The position numbers and the translations under genes were made by a program. A stretch of DNA of 64,000 nt from Christensenellaceae bacterium. Lineage in GTDB: Bacteria; Bacillota; Clostridia; Christensenellales; CAG-138. The notes below the pieces were generated by a model. That model did no database searches, was not told the DNA's origin, and saw only the letters and a program-made list of their open reading frames with translations. The stretch lies in the NCBI GenBank assembly GCA_963675855.1, contig OY776633.1, positions 2,778,546 to 2,842,545 on the forward strand, in the 5' to 3' direction. Positions 27,345 to 37,023 of the stretch are shown here, piece after piece (positions within the stretch are counted from its first letter, which is position 1; the number at the start of each line of letters is the position of its first letter).

Positions 27345-29684
27345 ATGTCACTCAACGGTATCAACGACAACGCGATGAAGGTGCTCGAAAGGCGCTATCT
27401 GGCAAAGGACGAAACGGGCAAGGTCACGGAGGACGTAGACGGGCTCTTTATGCGCGTGGCGCGCGCCGTCGCCGCGGCGGACGCGGTATACGACAAAAAC
27501 GCGGACGTCGGCGCCGTCGAAAAGCGATTTTTCGAGCTCATGACCTCTTTACGGTTTTTGCCGAATTCGCCGACGCTTATGAACGCCGGCCGCCCGCTCG
27601 GCCAGCTTTCAGCCTGTTTCGTACTGCCCGTCGGGGACAGCATGGAGGAGATCTTCGAGGCGGTGAAAAACGCCGCGCTGATCCATAAATCCGGCGGCGG
27701 CACTGGGTTTTCGTTTTCGCGCCTGCGTCAAAAGGGCGCGACCGTCCGCTCCACCGGCGGCGTCGCGAGCGGGCCGGTGAGTTTTATGCGCGTGTTTAAC
27801 GTCGCGACCGAGGCCGTCAAGCAGGGCGGCACGCGGCGCGGCGCGAACATGGGCATCCTGCGCGTCGACCATCCCGACATCCTCGAGTTCATCCGCTGCA
27901 AGAGCGACACCGGCGATATCAACAACTTTAACCTCTCCGTGGGTATCACGGAGGCGTTCATGCGCGCAGTAAATGCGGGCGAGGACTACGACCTCATAGA
28001 CCCGAAGACGAAAAAAGCGGTTTCCCAGCTCGCCGCGCGGGACGTGTACGACGAAATCATAGACGCGGCGTGGCAGACGGGCGAGCCGGGCATTGTGTTT
28101 TTAGACCGGATCAACCGCGACAACGTCGTGCCCTCGGCCGGCGAGATCGAGAGCACCAATCCCTGCGGCGAACAGCCGCTGCTGCCGTTTGAAAGCTGCA
28201 ACCTCGGCTCCATCGACCTCGTGACCATGCTTAAAACCGAAGACGGCGCGACGCGTCTGGATTTCGATCTGCTCGGATCCACAATCGGTGAGGCCGTGCA
28301 TTTTCTCGACAACGTCATCGACATCAACAACTATCCGCTCGAACGCATCGGCGAAATGACAAAAAACACCAGAAAGATCGGACTCGGCGTGATGGGCTTT
28401 GCGGATGTTCTGCTCGCGCTCGGTATCCCATACGACTCCGAAGAAGGCGTCGCGTTTGCCGAGCGCGTTATGACGTTCATCGAGATCGAAGGCCACGCGG
28501 CAAGCCGGCGGCTTGCCAAAGAACGCGGCGCGTTCCCGCTGTTTTCCGCCAGTACGCTGGCTTCCGGCGAGCCGATCCGCAACGCGACGGTAACCACCAT
28601 CGCGCCGACGGGCACGCTCTCCATCATCGCGGGCTGTTCTTCCGGCGTGGAGCCGGTGTTTGCCTATGTGTATATCCGCAACGTCATGGACGGCACGCAG
28701 CTCGTCGAGGTGAACCCTTTCCTGATGGAGAAACTCAGCGCGTTGGAACTCGACAGCGAGGAGATGCTGCGCCGCATCGCGGCGGAAGGCACGATTCAGC
28801 ATATTCAGGAAATACCCGAGGATATCCGCCGCGTATTCGTCTGCGCGCACGACATCTCGCCGGAAGCGCATGTGCGCATGCAGGCCGCGTTCCAGCGGCA
28901 CACGGACAACGCGGTGTCTAAGACCGTCAATTTTCCCCATTCGGCAACGCGGGAGGACGTCCGCTCCGTATATGAGCTCGCCTACCGCGAAGGGCTCAAG
29001 GGCGTCACCATCTACCGCGACGGCAGCCGCGCGGGACAGGTGCTCAACATCGGCAAAGTCAGCGACGGCAGGCCGGAGTCTGATAAGCCCGATCTGGAAG
29101 CACCCCTACCCGAGAATTACGGCAGGATCGAGCCGCGCCCGCGCCCGTTGGTGACGCGCGGGTTTACGGAAAAGATGAGCATCGGCTGCGGTACGCTGTA
29201 TGTGACGATCAACTACGACGAAACAGGCATCTGCGAGGTGTTCACCAGCACGGGCAAGGCGGGCGGCTGTCCGAGCCAGAGCGAGGCTACGGCGAGGCTT
29301 GCGTCCATCGCGCTGCGCAGCGGCATATCGATGAAAGAAGTGTACGACCAGCTCAAGGGCATCCGCTGCCCCTCGACGATCCGCCAGAAGAACATGAGCT
29401 GCACCTCCTGTCCCGACGCGATTGCCCGCGTGCTCATGAAGGTCAGCAAATACATCGACAACGGCGCGGACTATGCAACGCCCGACGCGCAGGCGAAGAC
29501 GAAGGCCGCCGTGCCCGATCCCGTTGTCACGGGCAACGGCGACGTGCCGTTTATTCCCGCCGATCTGCCGGATGTACCGCTTAGCGCGGCGCAGGTGCAC
29601 GTCTGCCCTGAATGCGGCGGCAAAGTGGAGCACGAAGGCGGTTGTGTCATCTGCCGTTCCTGCGGGTTCAGCAAATGCGGTTGA
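27345..29684 (+). CDS. nrdJ: adenosylcobalamin-dependent (class II) ribonucleoside reductase NrdJ
   Basis: 'VLERRYL', 'TLMNAGRPLGQLSACFVLP', 'NPCGEQPLLPFESCNLGSI' and 'SKTVNFP', plus a C-terminal Cys4 tail 'CPECGGKVEHEGGCVICRSCG'. The start is at the ATG at 27345; the ORF-track start at 27234 lies inside the regulatory region. Confidence 0.95.
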   Translation: MSLNGINDNAMKVLERRYLAKDETGKVTEDVDGLFMRVARAVAAADAVYDKNADVGAVEKRFFELMTSLRFLPNSPTLMNAGRPLGQLSACFVLPVGDSMEEIFEAVKNAALIHKSGGGTGFSFSRLRQKGATVRSTGGVASGPVSFMRVFNVATEAVKQGGTRRGANMGILRVDHPDILEFIRCKSDTGDINNFNLSVGITEAFMRAVNAGEDYDLIDPKTKKAVSQLAARDVYDEIIDAAWQTGEPGIVFLDRINRDNVVPSAGEIESTNPCGEQPLLPFESCNLGSIDLVTMLKTEDGATRLDFDLLGSTIGEAVHFLDNVIDINNYPLERIGEMTKNTRKIGLGVMGFADVLLALGIPYDSEEGVAFAERVMTFIEIEGHAASRRLAKERGAFPLFSASTLASGEPIRNATVTTIAPTGTLSIIAGCSSGVEPVFAYVYIRNVMDGTQLVEVNPFLMEKLSALELDSEEMLRRIAAEGTIQHIQEIPEDIRRVFVCAHDISPEAHVRMQAAFQRHTDNAVSKTVNFPHSATREDVRSVYELAYREGLKGVTIYRDGSRAGQVLNIGKVSDGRPESDKPDLEAPLPENYGRIEPRPRPLVTRGFTEKMSIGCGTLYVTINYDETGICEVFTSTGKAGGCPSQSEATARLASIALRSGISMKEVYDQLKGIRCPSTIRQKNMSCTSCPDAIARVLMKVSKYIDNGADYATPDAQAKTKAAVPDPVVTGNGDVPFIPADLPDVPLSAAQVHVCPECGGKVEHEGGCVICRSCGFSKCG

Positions 29685-29730
29685 GGCGGACGATGGGCTT
29701 TTCTCACATGGGGATGGAAGGAAGACCGGC

Positions 29731-30837
29731 ATGCGGACACTGATACTCACAGGCCCCGCTACGCAAGAACAGCATGGTATCGCGCAGGCGCTGAAAAACG
29801 CGCTCGGTGCGCGGGGCGACGCCAGCCTCACCGTCGGCGCACTCGCGCTGCTCGGTCCACACGCGCCGCTTTCCCTGACGAACGCACTGGAAGCAGCGGC
29901 GCTGAAGACGCCGCGCGCGTTTTCGTTTCTGACCGCCGGAACCCGGTTTTCGCACGTGAAGAAGCGAAAATCAGCCGTATACGAGACAAACGCAACCTAT
30001 GCGGAAAACCTGCGCACGCTGCTTGCCGAAGGCGAGTTCGACGCGGTGCTCTGCCTGCACCGCTATGCCGCGGAGGCGATCGCTTATCTTCGAAAAGCGC
30101 TCGTGTTCTCCGCGCGCTGCTGCTTTGTCGGCTCCGATTTCGCGTGTGTTCCGTTTCTGGAGGAAACGGAGCTCGATTTGTATTTCACCGCGCACGAAAG
30201 CCTGAACGAGGCATACATTAAGCGCGGTATTCCCGCGCACAGGATCGTACCGGCCGGCATCCCGCTGCCCGCGTCATGGTTTCGCGAGGAAGAGAGGGCG
30301 GATGCGCGCACGCTTCTGGCCATGCCGCAGGACGTGCCTTGCTACTACATTGATTCCTCCGACGATCCGGGCGCGGTTGTGGACGCGCTGCTCGAGCGGC
30401 TCAACGGCGCGGACGCGCGCGTCTGTGCGCTCTCGCCGGAAGCCGTCCTGCCTAGGAACCCTTTCTCCGCGCGCTTTGCAGGAGAGATCCGCGTGGTTCC
30501 CGTTTCACCCGACGACCCGCTCGCGCTGTATCGGAACGCTTGCGACGTGATGCTCAGCACACCGTCCGGCGCCGTCTCGTCGACGGCCGCCAACGCCGGC
30601 GTCCCGCTGGTGCACCTGCCGCCGCGGGACGAGTTTGAAGCGCAAACCGCGCGGTTTTTTGCCGCGCGCGGCATGAACGCATCCGCGGACAGTATCGGCC
30701 GGGCGGCGGAACTTGCCCTCGCGCTGGCCAACGACGCCGCGGCGCGCGACGCCATGATCACCGCCCAGCAGGGCGTCTGCGGCCGGAACGCGGCGGCGCG
30801 TATCGCGCGCTATCTGCACGAAGGCAAGCTCGGGTAG
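29731..30837 (+). CDS. glycosyltransferase, MGDG-synthase / UgtP-like (GT28 family)
   Basis: 368 aa with GT-B-like organisation. 'FDAVLCLHRYAAEA', 'VGSDFACVPFLEE', 'GIPAHRIVPAGIPL' and 'STPSGAVSSTAANAGVPLV' resemble diacylglycerol glycosyltransferases. Start at 29731, behind a GGAAGGAAG RBS. Confidence 0.5.
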   Translation: MRTLILTGPATQEQHGIAQALKNALGARGDASLTVGALALLGPHAPLSLTNALEAAALKTPRAFSFLTAGTRFSHVKKRKSAVYETNATYAENLRTLLAEGEFDAVLCLHRYAAEAIAYLRKALVFSARCCFVGSDFACVPFLEETELDLYFTAHESLNEAYIKRGIPAHRIVPAGIPLPASWFREEERADARTLLAMPQDVPCYYIDSSDDPGAVVDALLERLNGADARVCALSPEAVLPRNPFSARFAGEIRVVPVSPDDPLALYRNACDVMLSTPSGAVSSTAANAGVPLVHLPPRDEFEAQTARFFAARGMNASADSIGRAAELALALANDAAARDAMITAQQGVCGRNAAARIARYLHEGKLG

Positions 30838-30979
30838 CTGTTTTTGCAGGATTGGCACGTTTTTTGTCGTCATACTGTATCCTCCGCTTTCAAATCTGCA
30901 GGTGTTTCTGTTATACTGTTGTCGATCGAACAAACAGCAGGACGACCGGCAGTTTTTACGAACGGGAACGGGTTTCGAT

Positions 30980-31666
30980 ATGAAGCGATTCTTTGGCAGG
31001 CAGTGGACCAACATCATTTTTCTCGTGCTGATCGTAGGAGCCGCGCTGACGATCTACCTGCTCTCGCGCGGCGGAATCGTCGCTTCCTCCTCAGCCTCGG
31101 AACCGGAAACCGCGACGGCGCAGGCGCTGTCCGCGGAAACGCCGGCACCCGGCGCGGAAGCACCCTCGCTGTCCTCTCCGCGCGGCGTGCCCGTATCCGT
31201 TTTTTTAACGCACCTCGAAACGAGCGAACTTCTCACCGCGGAACAATCAAAAAAAGATACCGAAACCTGGGCGATCGCTTCGAAGAGCGCTCCCGCCGTA
31301 ACCGCACTAATGCGCTATACGGTGAACGACGGATGCGTTTCCTCGCTCGAGATCACATTCGACATACCGCAGGCCTACGAAGGCAAAGCGGGTAACGAAA
31401 TCGAAAAATACCTGAAGGAGCATTCGGACGCTCAGACGGGCGAAACACCCGACGCGGTACGCGCCATGCTCGGCGATCTGCTGCCCGCGTGCGACGCGCA
31501 AAACCGCCTTTCCGCCACCACCGCGCGCTACTGGGCGGAACAGGCGCTTCTTCTTGAAAAAAACGGCGCGGATTTCGAGGATACGCAGAGCGGCTGCCGC
31601 TTCGTGGCATACCGCACGTCTCGCGAGGGCAAAGACCTGCTCGTCTGCACGATGATATTCAACTGA
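30980..31666 (+). CDS. membrane-anchored hypothetical protein
   Basis: N-terminal TM 'WTNIIFLVLIVGAALTIYLL', then a Ser/Ala/Pro linker and a ~150-aa domain. No family was recognised. Confidence 0.45.
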   Translation: MKRFFGRQWTNIIFLVLIVGAALTIYLLSRGGIVASSSASEPETATAQALSAETPAPGAEAPSLSSPRGVPVSVFLTHLETSELLTAEQSKKDTETWAIASKSAPAVTALMRYTVNDGCVSSLEITFDIPQAYEGKAGNEIEKYLKEHSDAQTGETPDAVRAMLGDLLPACDAQNRLSATTARYWAEQALLLEKNGADFEDTQSGCRFVAYRTSREGKDLLVCTMIFN

Positions 31667-31781
31667 CCGTTTTTATTGCTCTACGCCACGCTGAAAACGC
31701 GCGGCATTTTTTGTATACGGTTTGTTGACAAATGTGTTTTCGTCAAAGATACAATAATGTTGCGATTCGCACGCCGGCTTG

Positions 31782-31790
31782 TGGTATAAT
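31782..31790 (+). promoter_or_regulatory. extended -10 element (TGgTATAAT) upstream of nfeD
   Basis: The exact sequence tggtataat lies 35 nt upstream of the ATG at 31825. Confidence 0.4.
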
Positions 31791-31824
31791 AGGAATGATC
31801 TTCCGCTAAAAGGGGGTATTTTGC

Positions 31825-32370
31825 ATGACTTTTCTTGAACTGCTCGGACCGACCGCCATTCCCACTATTGTTTGTCTGATTTTTGCGCTCGTTATGTTTC
31901 TCATCGAGCTCTTTACGCCCGGCGTCGGTTTCGCGGGAGCAGCGGGGTTGCTTTCGCTGATTGCCGTCGTCATCATGCAGCTCGGCTGGGGACAGCCGCG
32001 CGTGGCTTTGTACATCATCTCCATCGCGCTGCTGCTCATCATACTCGGCCTGATCTGGATTATCCGCTCCCTGCAGCGGGGGCGGCTGAGTAAATCGTTC
32101 CTCGTGCTCAACGAGCAGTCGAACGGCACGTCCGTTCCGGATGTCTCGGCGGCAAAGAACGACCTCGTCGGCAAATCCGGCGTTGCGATTACAACGCTGC
32201 GCCCTTCCGGAATCGCCGAGATTGAAGGGCGGCGTGTGGACGTCATGACCGTCGGCGCATATATTCAAAAGGGCGATCCCGTCACCGTCGTCAAAGCGGA
32301 GGGGATCCATATCCTCGTGCGCGGAGGCGCTGCGAATGCTACCGAGAGCAGCCCCGCCGCTGCCGAATAA
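31825..32370 (+). CDS. NfeD family membrane protein (short form, no protease domain)
   Basis: N-terminal TM bundle '[30 protein letters not shown]' plus a C-terminal OB-fold-like '[42 protein letters not shown]'. It precedes floA, as yqeZ-yqfA do in Bacillus. Confidence 0.8.
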   Translation: MTFLELLGPTAIPTIVCLIFALVMFLIELFTPGVGFAGAAGLLSLIAVVIMQLGWGQPRVALYIISIALLLIILGLIWIIRSLQRGRLSKSFLVLNEQSNGTSVPDVSAAKNDLVGKSGVAITTLRPSGIAEIEGRRVDVMTVGAYIQKGDPVTVVKAEGIHILVRGGAANATESSPAAAE

Positions 32371-32450
32371 TTCAGCATCCAAACAATAAACGTCTATATT
32401 ATCCATTGTTATGTTGCATCCAAAAACTGACCGATGATAAGGAGGTTCTT

Positions 32451-33434
32451 ATGACATTTACAACTGTTCTGATTGTGGTTGCGGCAATCGTATTCCTCAT
32501 TCTGTTCTTCAGCTTCGTACCGCTCGGGCTGTGGATTTCCGCCCGTGCGTCCGGCGTGAAAATCGGTATTTTTCAACTCGTCGGCATGCGCGTGCGTAAG
32601 GTCGTACCCAGCCGCATCGTCAACCCGTTGATCAAAGCCACCAAAGCCGGCCTTGACATCTCTATCAACAAGCTCGAGGCGCACTACCTCGCCGGCGGCA
32701 ACGTGGACCGCGTCGCCAACGCGCTCATCGCCGCCCAGCGCGCGGGCATCCCGCTCGAATTCGAGCAGAGCTGCGCCATCGACCTCGCGGGGCGCGACGT
32801 GCTCAACGCCGTACAGATGAGCGTCAACCCGAAAGTCATCGAAACGCCGATCATCGCAGCGGTCGCCATGGACGGCATCGAACTGAGGGCCAAAGCGCGC
32901 GTTACCGTCCGCGCGAACATCGACCGCCTCGTCGGCGGCGCGGGCGAAGAAACCATCATCGCCCGTATCGGCGAGGGCATCGTCACCACCGTCGGTTCGA
33001 GTAAGAGCCACAAGGACGTGCTCGAAAATCCGGACAGGATCTCCCGCACGGTTCTGGACAAGGGTCTTGACGCGGGCACCGCGTTTGAAATTCTATCCAT
33101 CGATATCGCGGATGTGGACGTCGGCCGCAACGTCGGCGCACAGCTGCAGATCGACCAGGCGGAAGCCGACAAGCGCATCGCGCAGGCGAAAGCCGAAGAG
33201 CGCCGCGCGATGGCCGTCGCACAGGAGCAGGAGAACATCGCCGCGATCGCAAGCATGCGCGCGCGCGTTGTGGAAGCCGAAGCCGAGGTTCCCAAAGCCA
33301 TGGCGCAGGCCTTCCGCGAAGGTCATCTTGGCGTGATGGACTATTACCGCATGCAGAACATCAGTTCTGACACGGAGATGCGTACCGCCATCGGCAAGGG
33401 CACGAAACCCGCGTCCACCGATGCCAAGAAATAA
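32451..33434 (+). CDS. floA: flotillin-like protein FloA (SPFH, UPF0365/YqfA)
   Basis: '[28 protein letters not shown]', '[14 protein letters not shown]' and a C-terminal '[14 protein letters not shown]'. AAGGAGG RBS before the ATG at 32451. Confidence 0.9.
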   Translation: MTFTTVLIVVAAIVFLILFFSFVPLGLWISARASGVKIGIFQLVGMRVRKVVPSRIVNPLIKATKAGLDISINKLEAHYLAGGNVDRVANALIAAQRAGIPLEFEQSCAIDLAGRDVLNAVQMSVNPKVIETPIIAAVAMDGIELRAKARVTVRANIDRLVGGAGEETIIARIGEGIVTTVGSSKSHKDVLENPDRISRTVLDKGLDAGTAFEILSIDIADVDVGRNVGAQLQIDQAEADKRIAQAKAEERRAMAVAQEQENIAAIASMRARVVEAEAEVPKAMAQAFREGHLGVMDYYRMQNISSDTEMRTAIGKGTKPASTDAKK

Positions 33435-33437
33435 GCC

Positions 33438-34019
33438 ATGCCTACTACTTTATTCATCATTCTCGCGATCGTCTGGATCGTCATCCCGATCATCGCAAAG
33501 AAAAAACAGCAACAGGCGAAAGCGGCGGCGGAGCAGCAGCGCGCGGCAAGACAGCGCGCGCAGCAATCCGCCACGCAGCAGCCTGCCGCAAAGCAGCCGA
33601 TGCGCACGACGCCGGTTGCGCCCCGCGTAGCTCCTTCACGGCCGGCCTCCCATCCGTCGTTTGAAGGCGTCGGTACCCGTCAGGGAAATTACGGGCCTAT
33701 CGTCGAGGGTGTGGCGCCGCACGACATAGAATCCCGCCTGTCGCAGGTTGACAGCACGCTCAAAGAAGCGAAAAAGAGTATCACGCACACCGTCACGGCA
33801 AGCAGCTTGAGCGGTCACGCGCATCAGGAAACGAGCGCGACGGGCATCCAAAAAGAGTGCCCGCCGGACGAGGTTCTCGCCGCGCAAGCCGTACAGGCGG
33901 CAAGGGCTGCGCAGGCTTATGCGTCCGGGGAAAGCGCTTTCGTATGGAACGTTTCCGACGCACGCGCCGGATTGGTAATGGCGGAGGTACTGGGCCCCTG
34001 CCTCGCAATGCGCGACTAG
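33438..34019 (+). CDS. membrane-anchored hypothetical protein (positional equivalent of yqfB)
   Basis: The start is 4 nt after the floA stop. It has an N-terminal TM 'LFIILAIVWIVIPII', a Gln/Ala-rich linker and a conserved-looking C-terminus 'GLVMAEVLGPCLAMR'. Confidence 0.5.
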   Translation: MPTTLFIILAIVWIVIPIIAKKKQQQAKAAAEQQRAARQRAQQSATQQPAAKQPMRTTPVAPRVAPSRPASHPSFEGVGTRQGNYGPIVEGVAPHDIESRLSQVDSTLKEAKKSITHTVTASSLSGHAHQETSATGIQKECPPDEVLAAQAVQAARAAQAYASGESAFVWNVSDARAGLVMAEVLGPCLAMRD

Positions 34020-34026
34020 GCCGCCC

Positions 34027-35439
34027 ATGCAAAACACAACCCCCAAACAAGACGCATGGTTCTGGAAAAGGGTACTGTTCACATCGGTACCCTTAATCGT
34101 ACTGTTTTCCGCGTTCGCCGTCTGGGTGCTCACGCGCGCGCCGCATCATCCGCTCGCGGTCGCGGCGGCGGCGGTGAGCGCTTTTCTTTTTGCGCTGCTC
34201 GGCATCCGATTCATCCCGCAGTGGATGGCGGCATGGAGCCGAAAGCCCTGGCTTCCCGCCCGCGCGCAGGAAGGCAGGCGCAGCGCGCGTAAGCAGCGCA
34301 TGCACCCGATGGTACAGCTGCTGTTTTATCTTGCGCTGTTTCGCGTGCTCCTATTCGTGCTTGCCTATCTGCTCTCGCTGCTTCAAAAAGGGTATGCCGG
34401 CGGGTTGATCGACAGTCTCGGCATCTGGAACCAGCTCGGTACGGACAGCCAGCATTATCTGAACATCGCCCAAAACGGGTATGTCAGCTCCGGCGACGAC
34501 CGGCTGCTGATCGTCTTCTTGCCGCTGTATCCTTACATCGTTCGCGCGGTCAACTATATTTTTCAGAATTATCTCGTCAGCGGACTGTTCGTTTCAAACC
34601 TCTGCTGGGTGTTCGCGGCTTATCTCTTTTACGACCTCGCGTTGCTGGATACGGACCGCAGGGGCGCGTTGCGCGCGCTGAAATACCTCTGTATCCTGCC
34701 CGCGTCTTTCCTCTTCTCCGCCCCGCTTTCAGACAGCCTGTTTCTGCTGCTGTCGGTATCCTGTATCTACGCCGTTCGGAAAAACGCGTACCTGCTGGCG
34801 GGCGCGGTCGGTTTTCTGGCCGCTTTTACGCGCATGCCCGGCATATTGCTCTTCGCTCCGGCCTGCTTCGAGCTCGTCGGCACGATCATCCGCGAACCGG
34901 ACGCACGCCGCCGCGATCCCCGCTGGAAGTGGCGTACGACGGGCAAGGCGCTTTCTCTGCTGCTCATCCCCGCGGGGTTTCTGCTCTATCTGTACGTCAA
35001 CTACCGCGTAACGGGAAACGCGACGATGTTCTTGACCTGTCAAAGCGAGCACTGGCACCAGCAGCTGGGCTGGTTCTTTGGCACAACGGCGACCATCGTC
35101 AACAGCGCGGCGGGCTCGTTTGCGGACAACACGCGCATGCTCTGGGGGTTATGGATCCCGAACCTCGTGTTCCTGTTTGCTTCGCTCGGCATCGTCATCG
35201 CCGCGCAGAACAAGCTCCGCGCGTCGAACGTTGCGTATTTTATCGCTTACTATGCCGTCTGCATGGGTGCAACGTGGCTTTTATCCGCGCCGCGTTATCT
35301 TACAGCGGCGTATCCGCTCGCGCTCGCACTCGGCGCGCTGACCGAAAAAAAGTCGGTCGACCGGATCGTCACAATCGTATGCTGCGCGCTGTTTGTGCTG
35401 TACCTGCTTGCGTTCGTCAATCAATGGTACGTATACTAA
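34027..35439 (+). CDS. polytopic GT-C-type glycosyltransferase-like membrane protein (PIG-V / PMT_2-like)
   Basis: 470 aa with more than 10 TM segments. 'DSQHYLNIAQNGY...LIVFLPLYPY' resembles the first-loop acidic motif region of GT-C mannosyltransferases. The assignment is from memory. Confidence 0.45.
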   Translation: MQNTTPKQDAWFWKRVLFTSVPLIVLFSAFAVWVLTRAPHHPLAVAAAAVSAFLFALLGIRFIPQWMAAWSRKPWLPARAQEGRRSARKQRMHPMVQLLFYLALFRVLLFVLAYLLSLLQKGYAGGLIDSLGIWNQLGTDSQHYLNIAQNGYVSSGDDRLLIVFLPLYPYIVRAVNYIFQNYLVSGLFVSNLCWVFAAYLFYDLALLDTDRRGALRALKYLCILPASFLFSAPLSDSLFLLLSVSCIYAVRKNAYLLAGAVGFLAAFTRMPGILLFAPACFELVGTIIREPDARRRDPRWKWRTTGKALSLLLIPAGFLLYLYVNYRVTGNATMFLTCQSEHWHQQLGWFFGTTATIVNSAAGSFADNTRMLWGLWIPNLVFLFASLGIVIAAQNKLRASNVAYFIAYYAVCMGATWLLSAPRYLTAAYPLALALGALTEKKSVDRIVTIVCCALFVLYLLAFVNQWYVY

Positions 35440-35494
35440 GACCCGTTCCGCCGGCCCAAACCGGCGGCGCAGGTTCGTTTCGAATTGCTGCTAT

Positions 35495-36028
35495 ATGAAA
35501 ATCGTTTTACAGCTTTATGCTACGTTTTTGAAAATAGGCGCGCTGATGTTCGGCAGCGGGTACACCATGCTACCGCTGTTGCTGCGCGAAATCGTCGATC
35601 ACCGCGCGTGGGCGACGGAGGATGAACTCATGGACACGTACGCCCTTTCGCAGTGCGTGCCCGGCATCATCGCCGTCAACACCGCCGCATTCATCGGACA
35701 GAAGCACGGCGGCTGGGGCGGCGCGGCGGCGGCTGTTCTCGGCCTGATCACGTCGCCGGTAGTCGCCATCATCCTCGTCGTGACGGTGCTGATGCAGTTT
35801 TGGAACACCGCCGTCGTCGCCGACGCGTTCAACGGCATCCGCGTGGCGGTCGCGGCGGTCATTACGTCCGCGGTGGTGCGGCTGATCCGATCCAACGTGA
35901 AAAACTGGCTCGGTATCGCTCTTTTGGCCGCGGGGTTTGTCATCAGCGCGGTGCTGCACCTTTCACCCTTGTTCGTCGTGCTGGTTGCCGCCGTCGCCGG
36001 TTTTGTTGTATGGGGGGTGCGCAGATGA
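35495..36028 (+). CDS. chrA: chromate transporter family protein (short-chain CHR, N-half type)
   Basis: 'FLKIGALMFGSGYTMLPLL' is a CHR signature. 177 aa. Its stop overlaps the partner gene start (ATGA). Confidence 0.8.
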   Translation: MKIVLQLYATFLKIGALMFGSGYTMLPLLLREIVDHRAWATEDELMDTYALSQCVPGIIAVNTAAFIGQKHGGWGGAAAAVLGLITSPVVAIILVVTVLMQFWNTAVVADAFNGIRVAVAAVITSAVVRLIRSNVKNWLGIALLAAGFVISAVLHLSPLFVVLVAAVAGFVVWGVRR

Positions 36029-36594
36029 CATACCTCCTTCTGTTTTTAGAGTTTTTCCAAACGGGGTTGTTTTCCGTCGGGGGCGGATACGCTACGCTTC
36101 CGTATATTCAGAAGATGATAGAGCGCTACCCTTCGTGGTTCGGTTCGCTGCATCTGGCGGATATCACGGCTATCGCGGAGGCGACGCCCGGCCCGGTCGG
36201 CGTCAACGCGGCGACGTTCGCGGGCTACAGCGCCGCGGGCGTTCTGGGGGCGGTCACCGCCACGTTCGCGCTCGTTCTGCCTTCGTTTCTGATCGTCTCT
36301 GTGGTTGCGCGCTTCGTCGATAAGTACCGGCAGAGCAGCCTGATGAACCATCTCTTTGCAACCCTCCGTCCGGCGGTCACCGGACTGATCGCCGCCGCCG
36401 CGTGGTCGGTCGTTCAGGCGGTGCTTTTCAACGGCGTCTTCGCGAACGGGTTCCTGCAGGCGATCGATTGGCAGAATCTACTGCTGTTTTTCGTGCTGCT
36501 CGGGCTGCTGTTCATCCCGAAAGTGAAAAAACTGCATCCGGTTTTCTTTTTCCTCGCGGGCGGGATCGCCGGCGTTGTGATGGGATATTTCTGA
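36025..36594 (+). CDS. chrA: chromate transporter family protein (short-chain CHR, C-half type)
   Basis: 'FFQTGLFSVGGGYATLPYI' and 'AEATPGPVGVNAATFAGY'. 189 aa. Confidence 0.8.
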   Translation: MTYLLLFLEFFQTGLFSVGGGYATLPYIQKMIERYPSWFGSLHLADITAIAEATPGPVGVNAATFAGYSAAGVLGAVTATFALVLPSFLIVSVVARFVDKYRQSSLMNHLFATLRPAVTGLIAAAAWSVVQAVLFNGVFANGFLQAIDWQNLLLFFVLLGLLFIPKVKKLHPVFFFLAGGIAGVVMGYF

Positions 36595-36627
36595 CGAACC
36601 GAGTGAAAAATCCGCAACATTCCGGAA

Positions 36628-36655
36628 TTGACTTTATCGTCCGGCATGGTACAAT
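36628..36655 (+). promoter_or_regulatory. sigma-70-type promoter of tRNA-Leu (TTGACT-16 nt-TGgTACAAT)
   Basis: -35 TTGACT at 36628-36633 and an extended -10 tgg+TACAAT at 36647-36655. The tRNA 5' end lies 9 nt downstream. Confidence 0.6.
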
Positions 36656-36664
36656 AGTTTAGTT

Positions 36665-36747
36665 GCGACCGTGGTGGAACGGCATACACAACGGACTTAA
36701 AATCCGTCGGCGAAAGCTTGAGGGTTCAAATCCCTCCGGTCGCACCA
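36665..36747 (+). tRNA. tRNA-Leu (anticodon UAA), CCA encoded
   Basis: Hand-folded cloverleaf: acceptor gcgaccg/cggtcgc, D stem gtg/cac, anticodon stem acgga/tccgt with loop cTTAAaa, long variable arm cggcgaaagctt, T arm gaggg-ttcaaat-ccctc, then discriminator A and CCA. Confidence 0.9.
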
Positions 36748-36966
36748 ATGCAAAAAAGAGGTGCAAACCTCTTTTTTGTATTGGTACTGTCATTCAAAGG
36801 GATTTGAAGCTGCGTTAAGAAAACAGTCCTGCGGACTGTTTTCAGCAGCCGGGCAGCGCAGGCGAACGCTTGCGCCGCGCGAAGCGCAAGCAAGCCGCAG
36901 CCTAAGCGGAAAATCCCTCCGGTCGCACCATTACAAAGGAGAGGTGCAAACCTCCCTTTTTTTGTA
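36728..36966 (+). repeat. direct duplication of the tRNA-Leu 3' end plus its terminator (copies at 36728-36780 and 36911-36966)
   Basis: A 20-nt exact repeat aaatccctccggtcgcacca occurs at 36728-36747 and 36911-36930. Each copy is followed by a related hairpin terminator (gaggt-gcaa-acctc + T-run; agaggt-gcaa-acctcc + T-run). Confidence 0.9.
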
Positions 36967-37023
36967 CGCAGCATCGCAGCAGGCAACCCCTGCGCTCGAA
37001 TTCTAACAACGAGGTATTTTCTA

